NCBI RefSeq assembly: GCF_001194135.2
Contig: NC_068987.1
Coordinates: forward strand, 15,604,059 to 15,668,058
Direction of reading: 5' to 3'
DNA from: Octopus bimaculoides
Lineage: Eukaryota
Length of the DNA: 64,000 nt
Positions within the stretch are counted from its first letter, which is position 1. Each line of letters begins with the position of its first letter. The position numbers and the translations under genes were made by a program. Below are positions 25,258 through 38,930 of this stretch, piece after piece. The notes under the pieces were generated by a model, which was not told where the DNA came from, did not search any database, and saw only the letters and a list, made by a program, of their open reading frames with translations.

Positions 25258-28200
25258 GTAAGGAAAATATATTTTTCATTCGAGCNNNNNNNNNNNNNNN
25301 NNNNNNNNNNNNNNNNNNNNNNNNNNNNNNNNNNNNNNNNNNNNNNNNNNNNNNNNNNNNNNNNNNNNNNNNNNNNNNNNNNNNNNNNNNNNNNNNNNNN
25401 NNNNNNNNNNNNNNNNNNNNNNNNNNNNNNNNNNNNNNNNNNNNNNNNNNNNNNNNNNNNNNNNNNNNNNNNNNNNNNNNNNNNNNNNNNNNNNNNNNNN
25501 NNNNNNNNNNNNNNNNNNNNNNNNNNNNNNNNNNNNNNNNNNNNNNNNNNNNNNNNNNNNNNNNNNNNNNNNNNNNNNNNNNNNNNNNNNNNNNNNNNNN
25601 NNNNNNNNNNNNNNNNNNNNNNNNNNNNNNNNNNNNNNNNNNNNNNNNNNNNNNNNNNNNNNNNNNNNNNNNNNNTATATATACACACACACACACACCC
25701 ACACACTTTCGCGTCAGTCTATCGTGTATTGTATGTAATATCAACGAACGTTGTCTCGAAGTATTTATTTCACATATTCAGTATCTGTTGTCTTTTAGAA
25801 ATTACCATTTAGAGTATCGACATATAAACATTCATACATCCACGATTTATGTGTATGTCACCCTTTCGTGTACGAAATATATAAACTTAGAACAAAAAAA
25901 AAAAATTAATATGCATTTAAAAAGCTTCCTACAACGTTGTGATATAGTTAGTACACATGTACCCTTGTAATTGTTTATATTTACATCAACTCACTGTTAA
26001 ATGCTTAAAGCACTAGGAAATTACCGAATTGGGATAGTGTTTGTTAGATCATATTACATTAATGTTTTTAGTACTTTGAGTTCAAATGCAGCTGGGGTTG
26101 ACTTTACTTTCACCAGCTCTTGTGTCAATATGCAGTTGATAATAGCATACCTCTGTCATTCAATAATTGGCATTGTGTCAAAGAAAGGATAGTTTCTTTT
26201 ATTATATTCATTAGGTAACCACAAGGATTCATTATTTTGCAGAAGAAAACTATTACACAACAGCTAAATTATTAATTTCTTCAATTGTTTCCCCCACCCC
26301 CTTGACTATCTTTTAATATATTTCTACTTAGTAAGTCGTTACGTTGAGACAAATGCTTGCACGATTCGGATTAACCTACTTCGATTAACTTAATTAGTAT
26401 TAGACTTACAAAAAGCATGAACTAACATCAACGAAAAAAGCCTTTACATAGTCATTGACATGCTTGAAATTGTAGCTAAATCTCACTCAAATTGCACCCA
26501 ACTCATCTTTAAAAAAAACGAGACATGTTGAATAATATAGTTCTTGATGCATCATACCAGAAAAAAATCGAGATGGTCATGCCTGGAATGTCTTTAATTA
26601 TAAGATCTAATTGATTAGAACCAGGTCTAGAGCCAGATATTAGCTCTACGAGGGTTTGATAATTTTTAGGGGAACTCATATTTTAATAATTGTGATGTTT
26701 TAATATAGATATAGTGTAAATAAATATAGATATTTATTTATACTCTGTCGGTAGAGGGAACTGCACTTTTCAGGTGTGTCTAACCGATTTCTGAGTACCT
26801 ACTTCTTGTCTGCAGCTGTGATCAGAACCGATTTGGAGCTAAATCACGACTAAAATTAAAATTTCTTTTCATAACAATAATGATTTCTCATTTGAAGTAA
26901 GGCCATCAATTTAAGGTATTGATTTATCAGTGCTTATTGACCCCGGGTCAATAAGAACTAATAATGCTGGGTGCTGTTCGATATTGCCGTCCACTAAAGA
27001 CTTCTAATAATAAATATTTCTTAGTAGATTATTTTTTGTATTATTAATATTACTATTATATTATTATTATTATTGGTATTCAACAATAATCATTAAGGTA
27101 CTAAGGTACTTACCATTTTTGGCTAATTGCTAGTGAAAAGAAAAAAAACAACTTATTTTCGACTAGAAACGTTATTGCTAGATGTCTGAAATTTTAATTA
27201 TTCATTGATGTATCAATATTGTTTAGTCTATCGATAATAGATAATTACAGAAACAGGAATTAGTGACACCGAACTACAAATGAATAATTTTGGCTAAAAG
27301 AAATATAATGGTGGTTGCTTAACCCTCCTAAACCCGCTGGCAGTTCTTATCAGTCGCTACAGGTACAGCATAATTCAGAAACTTATCTTCTTCATTAGAA
27401 GACACTGCCTTACAACACCCCTCCTCTCTCTTGCTCAGTCAATCATCGATAAGAAAAGGTAATTTATATTAACATTATCAAAATGCTGCAGGATGCAACT
27501 CGTGTCAAATTTTTCTCAAATCATTCCTCACTCACAGCGGAGGACTTCTCGAGGGAGCTTCTACATGGTCATTCTATATGCTAGAATCGACATCCAAATC
27601 TCCCCCCAGTCCTTACTTTACCATTCCGGCAAAAAGTCAACTGCATTGGATAATATCAACACAGATAAATAAAATGGGGATGATTACAGTTGGAACTCTT
27701 CGATCATGGGTCGTCTGATCGATCAAGGTTTGATCTGAGGCGAAACAACAACGGCCCTCTGTGGCTGATAGGTTGAATATGAGGTCGCAGGACGGAAGTT
27801 AAATCCAGGCTGAAGACCTTGTCCAAGTGCTCCGCTAACGGCACCTGACTGGCACATTCGAAGGTGTAGTCCTAGATATACTATATCTAAAAAGAACAAA
27901 AGACGAGGTTGTCACGGTTAATACCTCCCTTGTTCACCAGTCTGCTCGACTAGGCCAGCATGAGTTGTTTTTTTTGGGGGGTTTTTTACTAAAGGTACAT
28001 CAGAGTGTACTTCCATCCGACTTTGTTTCTCTTAACTTTCTTTAAAAGCCATATTTTGTTATGAAATTTTCCAGAAATACATCTTAGATATTGTAGATTA
28101 CGGATATATCAGGAAAAGTTATATGTATATATATTTGGAGGAGGAGTTTCGGATAACTTGGGTACACTTCTGTAGTTATGCCCGTGTTTCCGGGTTGATA

Positions 28201-31200
28201 AAATAAAATACTTGTGAGGTATCAGAGTAGATTTATATTCCTACACTGCATCATAGATATGAATGGAATTTAAGTATAAAAATTAAATTACATTGAAAAC
28301 GTTGAGTCCGAAATATCCAGAAATAAAATTTCTATTTTCGAAGTTGTTATATAGCCCTTGCTCAGTCTTGCTCAAGCAGACCGATTATCTGAGTTGCTCA
28401 AACCTTATCAATTTTGTTTTGTTATATATTAAAGACTACATTAGTCAATGAATCGTTATTTCAAAACAGTAGGGGAAGATTTGGCTGTTATTTCTAGCAC
28501 AGCGAGCGATTACGTCGAGACTCACTCTGGCTCACTTCGAAGTAATCTCATGTTTGCCGTTTCCTCTGATCTTAGTATAGAAATTTTTTTTAAAATAGTA
28601 TAGAAATTTTTAAAGAAATTAATTAAAGTTACAAATAAAAATAGAAAACAGGTGAATAAATTAATCTTCTAACTTTTTTTTAAAATTTCGTTTGTATCTT
28701 GTTAGTTGCATTCTCTAATTGTCAGATCTTTAATAAAGAAGGGATCGTATTCAGTCTTTGATTTCAGGGAATCACAAATGATATTAGTCTTGAGATTGGG
28801 TAATAACCTTATTTTAAACGCCTGGAATACAATTGTTCTTAGTAACAATTGGTGATTTTTTTTTATTAATCTTATACAACGCAATTCTGTATGATTATCA
28901 ACAATCACAACACGGGGAGCTTCTCTACCTGTTAGAATTTGCTGCTAAATATTTCTCGGCTCATAGTTTACCGTCCTGGTAAAAGGAAGATCACATTGGA
29001 TAATGTAGTCCTAGATACTCAAACGAGATGTGATGGTCTCTGTTTGAAGGCCTTTGATCAGAGGTCTGCTCGAATAAGGTTGGCTTGGTGCCAAACCAAC
29101 GATGGATGCTCCTAACACGTAAACACATCATCTTTAGCAAAGTTACATTGTCGTTGGTGGTGGTGGTTGTAAGTAGGAACAACGGCCGTTGTTAATTAGT
29201 TATTCCTGCTTTATGTAACCAAATCCCCGATTAACGAAGTTCATACGTGATTCACTCAAAAATATACTCGCTTTATATTTCTATCAGTCCTTTGAAGAAA
29301 ATTATAGGTAATTTAACAAAAACAAATATACACATTTTCTAATATTTTATGCAACAGGTCGAAAAATTCAAACAATAAAAAGTAAACGTGGTATTATCGG
29401 TAATGTTGGATTTTTATTTTTATGAAAAGGATTCAAAGGTTGGCTGCTTTTACTATATTTGTGAATTTTCTGATTCTTCCGTACAAGAATTCAGTACTAC
29501 CATTTCATGCTTCATTCAATTTTTGGATCGTTTTCAGAAAGTCAGTCTTATGCTTCAAGCACTAATTATTTCACTAAAACCACTTGAGGAGAAATCTCTT
29601 ATTCTCTATCTGAACTTGATACTTTGGGTTCTGTCAACTCCTTAATCCTTTCATTACCGTATTTCTGTTGAGATGCTCTGTGTTTCTTTCAATTGCTTTA
29701 AATATAACAAAGAATTTAGTAAAATAACTGAGTTATCATTCAGCTAGTGTTAGGAACATAAATTGTAACTAAGGTTTAGTGGAAGATTTTAATTCAAAAT
29801 TTATGTAAACAAGACATTTGTACTCAGAGCCAGAGCCTGTTTAAGCCAGGTTGGTAACGAAAGGGTTTAAGTCTTCATAGGAGAGGGGCTTGTTGTTGCC
29901 ATCAACGTCTTCAATTCCCACTTCTTCCTACTTCTCATGCCACTTGCACAAGGCTTTTTTTTCTATTTGCATAATGGTGTAATTTTTCCCATTTCTTTGG
30001 TGTGTAACAGGAATATTTGGCAACTGCAAGCACATAGGAATCAAAATCAGATTGCTAAGTTTCAACAATCAGGATTTAGTCTGATCTCTTGCAGAAATCA
30101 TATCATTGTATTAGCACAAATGTGACCCACTCAAATATTGATCGTGGGGTGGGGGGATTTTTACCTTGCTTGGAAACAGGTGAGGGTTGGCATCTAGAAG
30201 GGTATCAGGCTATAGGAAAACCTTGCTCCAAGGGTGCTTTCTATCTTTTCATTTTTAGCTGATTACATTGGAGCTATGTAAAAAGAAATGCCTTACTCAA
30301 AGACACAATGGCACTGCCTGGTCCAAGAACCAAACCTATGACCTTATGGCTATGAGCCCAATGTCCTAACCATTAGCCTATATGCCTTCACAGTAAAAGT
30401 AGGTGGGAGAACACAGATAAAAATAGTTAAGAAACACACATTCAGATGTTATTTTACTGACTGCAGAAAGTCTGAAAAAACAGGTATCACTTTGATGTAT
30501 AGCTACAGATATTGTTACATTGTAAATGGACTCGCTCCAACAATTCATACACAAATATATGAGATTTTGGTAAAAAAAAAAAAAAAAAGAAAAAAAAGAA
30601 AAGAAAAGAAAAAAAGGAAGAAAAATCATAATATGAAATGAAAACNNNNNNNNNNTATTTCACATTGCTCCAGTCCAGTCAGCTGGCAAAAATGAGTAGT
30701 ACCTGTATTTCAAAGGGCCAGCCTTGTCTCACATTGTGTCACGCTGAATATCCCCGAGAACTACGTTAGGGGTACACGTGTCTGTGGAGTGCTCAGCCAC
30801 TTGCACGTTAATTTCACGAGCAAGCTGTTCCATTGATCGTATCAGCTGGGACCTGCATCGTCGTAACCAACGGAGTGCTCCTACAATATGTGTGTGCGCC
30901 TGTCCCACTACTGCTTGATAACCAATATTGGTATGTTTACATTCCCATTACCTAGCAGTTCCGCAAAAGATATCGATAGAATAAGTACAAAGCTTAATTA
31001 AAAGAAAATAATAAATACTGGGGTTGATTCATTTGACTAAAAATCCTCCAAAGCAGTGCTCTAACATGGTCGCAGTCTAATGATCGAAACCAGTAAAAGC
31101 TTAAAAATAAAGCTGAGAATGAGCTTTGCATTCTTACCTCAAAATCATTTTCAGTGATTTCTTTTTCCATGATAATTTGGATTAGATGTTTCTGCAATAT

Positions 31201-31851
31201 GACGCAATGCCACAGTTTTTTTTCAATCAGTTCCTATTACCGTCCTGTCGTTTAAATTTAATCAACTTAGAAAACATTATTTGACCTCTAAGATTCATTC
31301 ACTGCTTTTCCCCTTCCTCAGTTTTGTAAACTGTCATGATTTTTTCTGAAGCTTTCATTTTGTATTCTTTCTCTTTTTCCTTTTTAACCACAAATTCATA
31401 TATTTGGGTATGAATTGTTGGAGCCAGTCCATTTACAGTGTAACAATATCTCTGCAGCTATACACTGATGTGGTATTTTTTTTTCAGCTTGACTGCAACA
31501 ACTAGAATAACATCCAAATGTATGCTTCTATTTTCTTCTATGTTTACTCACCACATTTTTTCTTTTACTGTAAAAGCATGTAGCTCTGTGGTAAGTATGC
31601 TGGGCTCACAATCATAAGGTTATGGGCTTGAGTCTTGAACTAGCTTGGTGGGTACTTTGTATTTTATACTTGTTTCAGTCATTTGACTTTGGCCTAGTCA
31701 AATGTTTCAACCCCAGTACTTATTTTTGTCTTTTCTAAAGTCTGATACTTACTTTATCAGTCTCTTTTACTGAACTGCTAAGTTATGGGGGACGTAAACA
31801 ACACACCAACACCAGTTGTCAAGTGGTTGTGTGGGGACAAACTCATATGTA

Positions 31852-32097
31852 GTCTGATCAATAAGTATCTGAACTGTTGCTATAGTAACGAAGCTAAATA
31901 ACAGAGAGTGAAGCTTCTTGGCACAAATTGACCTTGAACTCTGCTAAGCACTGCAGTAAACAGTGGAAGTGAGCTAGAATGTTAAAACTTAGTGCACATG
32001 CACAGCAGAGCTCAAGGTCAATCTGTGTCAAACAGCTTCACTCTGCATGCTTTAGCTTCGTTACTATGGTAGCAGTCCGGATATTTATTGATCAGAC
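31852..32097. mobile_element. Mariner-type MITE with long terminal inverted repeats
   Basis: gtctgatcaataagtatctgaactg... / ...cagtccggatatttattgatcagac; arms pair imperfectly over about 100 nt. Confidence 0.7.
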
Positions 32098-32098
32098 C

Positions 32099-32135
<37 letters not shown>

Positions 32136-32755
32136 GTAAGCAGAGTTAGCAGTTGGAATAACCAACTAAGGGATAAGAATATCCGTTCTTACTACTGGTA
32201 TCTTTTACCTATGTTAACCCTGGGCATGGGTATGCAAGCACACTATGCTCATAGGGTACAGGTAATAACAGAATAAACAAGAGTTTATCAGGAATCAGAT
32301 TTAAATAAGCAGAAAATGGAGAAAACTTTTGATCTACAAACAAACAAATTGACCAGCATCAGTTAATTGTCCCCCTATCACCACTTGATGTTGGTGTATT
32401 TACGTCCCTGTAACTTAGTGGTCCGGCAAAAGAGACCGATAAAATAAGTGCTAGGCCTAAGAAATAAGTCCTGGGGTCAATTTGTTTGACTAAAACCCTT
32501 CAAGGCAGTGCTCCAGTATGGTCCCAGACAAATGACTGAAACAAGTAGAGGAATAAAGTTAATTCATAGAGCAATGTGGACCTTATTTAGTGCAATGTAG
32601 GATGTCACCCTTTTCAACCCTTTCAGTTAATAGACAACCCACTGAACCTCACAAACACAGGCATTTCGTTTTATTTGTCTTTCTCCATGTTTTATTTCTT
32701 TGAAATTTGTTTTATGTTTTACAAAATCTAACATATTATTCTTGTAAACTTTCAG

Positions 32756-32911
32756 AATGTAGCAAGTGGACTGATAACTACCACTAAAGACCGACATGCT
32801 TGGGTGCGTGACAATGTCTACAGTGTCATGGCAGTATGGGGATTGGCTCTGGCCTATCGGAAAACGGCAGATTTTGACGAAGATCGATCGAAAGCATACG
32901 AGTTAGAGCAA
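32756..32911 (+). CDS. PHKA: PHKA exon 2
   Basis: [52 protein letters not shown]; contains AWVRDN of the GH15-like domain; AG/GT bounded. Confidence 0.95.
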
Positions 32912-33430
32912 GTAGGTGACTTTGAATTTTTTAGTAATAGTAGTAGTTTTTAAACCTTGTACTTATTCTATCAGTCTCTTTTGCCAAACTACTAAGTTAT
33001 GGGGATATAGACAAACCAACACTGGTTGTCAAGCAGTGGTGGGGGACAAACACAGGCCCAAAAACAAACATAAATATATATGCATATGACAGGCTTCTTA
33101 CAGTTTCCATCTACCAAATCCACTTGTAAGACTTTGGTCAGCCTGACGCTATAATAGAAGACATTTGCCCAAGGTGTCACGCTGTGGGGCTGAACCTGGA
33201 ACCATGAGGCTGGGAAGCAAACTTCAAATCACATGGTAGTAGTGGTGGTGGTGGTGGTGGGGTTTGAATATTTGGAATAAATAAGAAATTGATCTGTAGC
33301 TTAGTTACAAAATTAATCTCAACACTTCTAAAACAAACTTTGTTTTACATTCATCGTAAGTTGAATTTAACGTTAGCGTCTTATGAAGCTAAATTTATAA
33401 GTTCTAAAATTGCAGAAAAATCTGTGACTG

Positions 33431-33503
33431 GGCAGTTTAGCTTAATGGTAAAGCACTTGACGAGTAATCACAGGGATGTGAGTTTGAGTCTCATGACTGG
33501 CCA
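33431..33503 (+). pseudogene. tRNA-Thr(AGT)-like sequence, probably a pseudogene
   Basis: Folds by hand: D stem GCTT/AAGC, anticodon loop CGAGTAA, T stem GTGAG/CTCAT, acceptor stem 6/7. Defects: G33, anticodon stem 3/5, TTTGA instead of TTCGA. A T5 run follows at 33512. Confidence 0.5.
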
Positions 33504-34191
33504 GTAACGTATTTTTCTGCAATGTATGGATAATTTATCCTGATCCGGCTATTTGTTACCATTATCATGCATTTGAGAATTTAAAAAATTTATTTCTCTT
33601 CCTTTCATTACATCTCAACACTTCTAAAGCAAACTTTGTTTGTTTACTTTCATCGTAAGTTGAATTTAATAATTTATTGTTTAGCCCAGGCTAACCCCAT
33701 CTAGCAGAACTATGTTCAAAGGTACTCCAACTGCAGCCATTCCTCCTTTTACTCAGGCATAATGCACAATATGCAATATGTCCTTTTCTAAGACAGCAGG
33801 GTATAATCTGAGAGAGAGATGGAGAAAGAGAGAGAAATTGGTTACTATTTCTAGCAGGTCAACCATATAGACGTTCTTTCATTGCCTCAATCTCGTATCA
33901 GTGAAGGTGCATTCCCAATGTAGCATTGTTTATGCTAATTTGTTGTCCTGCTTATGCTAATGTGCAATTTCTGTGTGTTTGTGTGGATATAGGGTTTCTG
34001 TGGACACCAGCTTTATCAGTTTGAGTTGAGGTTAAAAACTAAAGCAATGAATGAATTGTAGGTATGAGTTGGATGTGGCAGTTAATGTGCTAAAGAAAAG
34101 AACCCAAATATTTATGGATTAATTCTATGTAAAAATCTTACATTTTTCTTTATCCTTGTTTTTAATATTGCTACTCTCATTAAATTCACAG

Positions 34192-34408
34192 TCTGTTGTG
34201 AAGCTGATGCGGGGAATTTTACGAGCCATGACAATGCAAGTGCATAAACTGGAGAAGTTCAAAGTGACACAAAGCGCAGTGGATTCACTTCATGCAAAAT
34301 ATGACTCTGAGACATGTCAACCTGTTGAAGGCGATCTTGAGTGGGGTCATTTGCAAATAGATGCCACATCACTGTATGTACTTATGTTGTCTGAAATGAC
34401 AGCCTCAG
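34192..34408 (+). CDS. PHKA: PHKA exon 3
   Basis: [24 protein letters not shown]...[22 protein letters not shown]+G; 217 nt, phase 0-1. Confidence 0.95.
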
Positions 34409-34730
34409 GTATGTGTTGCTTGTTAATTTATTTTTCACTATAAGTAGGACGGAGGATGTTCAGGCTAAATTTGATGATTTTTGGTCTCCTTGTTTAAGGA
34501 ACAGTTTAATGTATTATTGGTGAATAGTTAATAGCATTGGAGAGTATAAAGGTTGAAGTTGTAATTGGGAAAAAAATTAGCTGACATAGAATGCTAGAAG
34601 CCTTCTGAATATTGGAAAAGAGTTACGTGTACCATGATGATTTAAGCCAGGTGTCAAAATGCCAACATCATGATTGCTGCTGAATGCTCTATGAACCCTA
34701 TAAAGGCTGTAAGGTGTTACATGGATATTA

Positions 34731-35210
34731 TGGAAACCAAATTCCCCCAAAACGAGGATGGTCTTTGGATGTGTTTCCAGTGAGGGTAATATCATGCCTC
34801 CCCACATCAATGAACAGGGTCTTAAGATCGATTCTGATCATTATGTGAAACTGCTGGAGACTGGTCAAAACCTGGCTGGAGAGGGTTGCTGCTAGAAGGC
34901 CGTATGTGTGGCAGCAAGATTCAGCTCCTTGCCATACCTCCAGAAAGAATCAGAAATGGTTGTTGGAGAATTTTTATGACTACACCAGCCCTAATTGTTG
35001 GCCTCCTAATTCCTCTGATTGTAATACCATAGATTGCTATATTTGGGGTGCAATTGAAAAAGATACCAACTGCTCTGCCTGCAACACTAAAGCCAAGCTG
35101 GTGATTGTGTTCAAGGAGGTATTTGAAGATCTTCCCCAGGACACAATGAGGAACACATGTGCCAGGTTCCAGAGTTGTCTATAAATCATGATGGAAGCTG
35201 AGGCTGTTAT
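34731..35210 (+). mobile_element. maT/DD37D transposase remnant in PHKA intron 3
   Basis: MVFGCVSSEGNIMPPH...YVKLLET then, after a frameshift, WQQDSAPCH...WPPNSSDCNTID; 37 residues lie between the second and third catalytic Asp. Confidence 0.8.
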
Positions 35211-35224
35211 TTCCCAGTATTAAT

Positions 35225-35510
35225 CTAGTTGATACCATATATCTATCCATCCATCTATCTGACTTTTCATCCATCCATGTATCTGTCCATCCATCTGTCC
35301 ATCTGTCCGTCCATCCATCTATCCATTCATTCATCCATCCATTTATATATATTGTGGGTAAGTTGTTGGATTGCAAATGTGGATTATCATTGTGGAGTAG
35401 ATGGTAGGTGTCTGTCCATCCAGCCAGCCAGACAGCCACCTGTCTGTCTATCCATCCATTTATCTATCCATCCATTTATCTGTCCATCCATCCATCCACC
35501 TGTCCAATCA
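35225..35510. repeat. Degenerate (ATCC)n low-complexity tract
   Basis: Direct reading. Confidence 0.85.
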
Positions 35511-35793
35511 CCTGCCATGACCATCTTGTTTTTTTCTTTAGGCATAGTATATTTAAGAATACACCATCCTTTGTGTCCCTCCTTTTTCCCCCTTAAGACT
35601 GTAGAGTATGATTTGAGAGGGAGATGTTGCTGCTATTTTTATTTCCAACAGATTGTGCCACAGTGTAGAGTCTCTCTCTTTCTCTCTTTCACATTGGCTC
35701 AAAGTGATTCTGTTAAATGTTATTGTCTCATATTTATTCAGTACATTATTTTTATATATTTTTTATAGTGTTATTTTATTATTATTTCATTAG

Positions 35794-35876
35794 GTTTAAA
35801 AATTATATTTTCATTGGACGAAGTTGCTTTTATACAGAATCTGGTATTTTACATTCAAGCTGCTTACCGTATCCCA
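35794..35876 (+). CDS. PHKA: PHKA exon 4
   Basis: (G)[27 protein letters not shown]; 83 nt, phase 1-0; absent from the ORF track in this frame. Confidence 0.93.
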
Positions 35877-37420
35877 GTAAGTATAAAAGGATTTTTTTTT
35901 ATAAACTGAACCACTCCCTTTGTGTCTTTTTGTTTTGGGTCTTGATTGGTAAATTTTCATATTCTACAATGATTCTTATACAAGTTTACAGAAACAATAC
36001 CATCACCAATAAAATATAGCACCTGTCAGTTCCTGGGGTTGATAAGACAGCAAGCTGGCAGAATTGTTAGCATGCTGGGCAAAATGCTTAGCAGTGTTTC
36101 ATTTGTCTTTCCGTTCTGAGTTCAAATTCCACCAAGGTCCACTTTGTCTTTCATTCTTTTGGGGTTGATAAAATAAGCACCAGTTGAACTCTGGAGTTGA
36201 TGTAATGGACTTAGCCGCTCCCCCTCTCCCAATATTTCAGGCTTTGTGCCTATAACAGAAAGTGTCACTACTATTATTATTATTATTAAGACGGCAAGCT
36301 GACAGAATCATTAGCACACTGGGTAAAATGCTTAGCAACATTTCATCCATCTTTATGTTCTGAGTTCAAATTCTGTTGAGGTTGACTATGCCTGTTATCC
36401 TGTTGGGGTCAATGAAATAAGTACCAGTTGAACTTTGGTGTTGATGTAATCTACTTACCACCTTCCCCGAAATTGCTGGCCTTGTGCCAAAATTCGGAAT
36501 CAGTTAATGGGGTTGATGGTTTCAGCTAATTTGCTTCCTTCAAAATTGCTGGTCTTGTATCGTAATCAGAAACCATTTCTTATGTCTTAAAGAAATATAT
36601 GATTTTTTTTATATAGGCATGGCTGTTGTGTTGAGAAGTTTGCTTTCCAACCACATGGTTCTAGGTTCAATCCCACTGCGTGGCTCCTTCGGAAAGTGTT
36701 TTGTACTGTAGCCTTGGGCTGATCAAAGCCTTGTGAGTAGATTCGGTTGACACAAACTGAAAGAAGACCATCATATATATGTGTGTGGAGGGGTGTGTGT
36801 GTCTGTGTTTGTGTTTATCCCTCACCACCTCTTGACAACTGATGTTGGTGTGCTTCTGTTCCCATAACTTAGTGATTCAGCAAAAGAGATTGATTGAATA
36901 AGTACCAGGCTTTAAAAAAATATGTTCTGGGGTCAATTCGGTCAACTAAGATTCTTCAAGGCAGTGCCTCAGCATGTCTGCAGGTTAATGGCTGAACCAA
37001 ATAAAAGAGAAAAGATATTTCTTTGTATGGCCGATGCTGGTGTCACATAACTGGCACTTGTGCCAGTGGCATGTAAAGCACACCCTTTGATCGTTGGGCC
37101 TTATGGAGGCAATGACAAGTGACTGGACCTTTGGTGATGTGCCATGCTTGAGAAGACCTGTCAAGCCAGGTGAAATCATAACCATGACCAATGCCGGTGT
37201 CACATAACTGGTACCCATGCTTGTGACATGTAGAAAATACCCATTATACTCTTGGAGTGGTTGGCATTAGGAAGGGCATCTAAACCATACCAAACCATAT
37301 TGGAACCTGCTGTAGCCCTCCAGTTTATCAGTTTCAGTTAAAGCATCTAACCCATGCCAGCATGGAAAGCAGATGCTAAATGATGATGTTTGCTTAAAAG
37401 TTGAATGCTTTCTCTTTCAG

Positions 37421-37501
37421 GACTATGGTATTTGGGAACGAGGTGACAAAACCAACCATGGATTGCCAGAACTCAATTCAAGTTCTATTGGGATGGCCAA
37501 G
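37421..37501 (+). CDS. PHKA: PHKA exon 5
   Basis: [27 protein letters not shown]; 81 nt; contains the WE motif of the glucoamylase-like domain. Confidence 0.95.
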
Positions 37502-37504
37502 GTA

Positions 37505-38183
37505 ATTGTTAATTTATGTTATAATCATAACAACAACAATCACTAAAAGCAACAACAGCAACATTCTCATCATCGTCATCATCATCATCAGTATTATGAA
37601 TTTAATCATCATCATCACCATTGATATTACTATTACTAATATGATTATAATTGTGATCATCATCATCATCATCATCATCATCTCTGCTGTTATCACAACT
37701 TAGATTACTATACCCTCCCTCCATTTTCATTGCTTTTGTAATCATCCTCATCATCCTCCTCCTCCCCACCAACATCATCACCATTATCACTATCGTCATT
37801 CTCCATCACTACTACCACCACTACTAGAACAACCATCACCACAACCATCATCATCCTCGCCTCTCACCACCACCATCATCACCATCACCACTATCACCAT
37901 TAGCTCTCACTACCACCATCGCATCACCACCATCATCACTGCTACCACAGTTATCATCATCACTTCCATTCCCACCACCCATTACCACACGCCTCCTCCT
38001 CCTACTCCTCCTACTCCTCCTCCTCCTCCTCCTCCTCATCATCATCATCATTGCCTCTAACATTAGCTTATTATGATGATTATGATAATGATGATCATCA
38101 GTACCTCCACCACAATTATATTCTCTTGCATTACCAACACCAAAACAAAATAAACAAATAAAAAAATTAAACGCTTTTCATTT

Positions 38184-38215
<32 letters not shown>
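37505..38215. repeat. (CAT)n/(CAC)n/(CCT)n/(TAG)n trinucleotide low-complexity intron
   Basis: Fills most of PHKA intron 5 and explains the poly-I/M/D/R ORFs in the track. Confidence 0.9.
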
Positions 38216-38240
38216 ATGAAATTTTACTTGTTATTTGTAG

Positions 38241-38339
38241 GCTGCTTTAGAAGCTATTGATGGCCTTGACCTTTTTGGGTCACGTGGCGGTCCCAACTCA
38301 GTGATTCATGTTTTGCCTGATGAAGCTCAACAATGTCAG
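38241..38339 (+). CDS. PHKA: PHKA exon 6
   Basis: [33 protein letters not shown]; 99 nt; GTAAGT donor. Confidence 0.95.
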
Positions 38340-38930
38340 GTAAGTTTTACTATTATTATTCATCATCATCATCGTTTAACGTCCGCTTTCCATGCTGGCA
38401 TGGGTTGGACGATTTGACTGAGGACTGGTGAAACCAGATGACTACACCAGGCTCCAATCTGATCTGGCAGAGTTTCTACAGCTGGATGTCCTTCCTAATG
38501 CCAACTGCGCCAAGAGTGTAGTGGGTGCTTTTACGTGCCACTGGCACAAAGGCCAGTCAGGCGGTACTGGCAACGGCCACGCTCAAAATGGTGTTTTTTA
38601 CGTGCCACCTGCACAGGAGCCAGTCCAGCGCCACTGGCAACGACCTTGCTTGAATGTTGAATAAAACCATAATGAACTGATCTTCAAAACACTTAGTGGT
38701 ATTGAGTTCAAATCTCACCAAGTTTGACCTTGTCTTTCATCCTTTTGGAGTCGATGAAACAAATACCAGCTGAGTACTGAGGTCAGTGTAATCAACTAGG
38801 CTCCTCCCACCAAATTTCAGGTTTTGTGCCTACAGTAGAAAGTATTGTTGTTATTATTATTATTAAGGTGGGAGAGCTGGCAGAATCGTTATCTGAAATA
38901 ACACCTTTTAATCATTTCCTCTAATTTCAG

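Noticed and set aside
37506-38063. Poly-I/M/D/R ORFs; likewise IYIY, THTH, ERER and poly-F ORFs elsewhere
   Set aside because: Translations of microsatellites inside introns.
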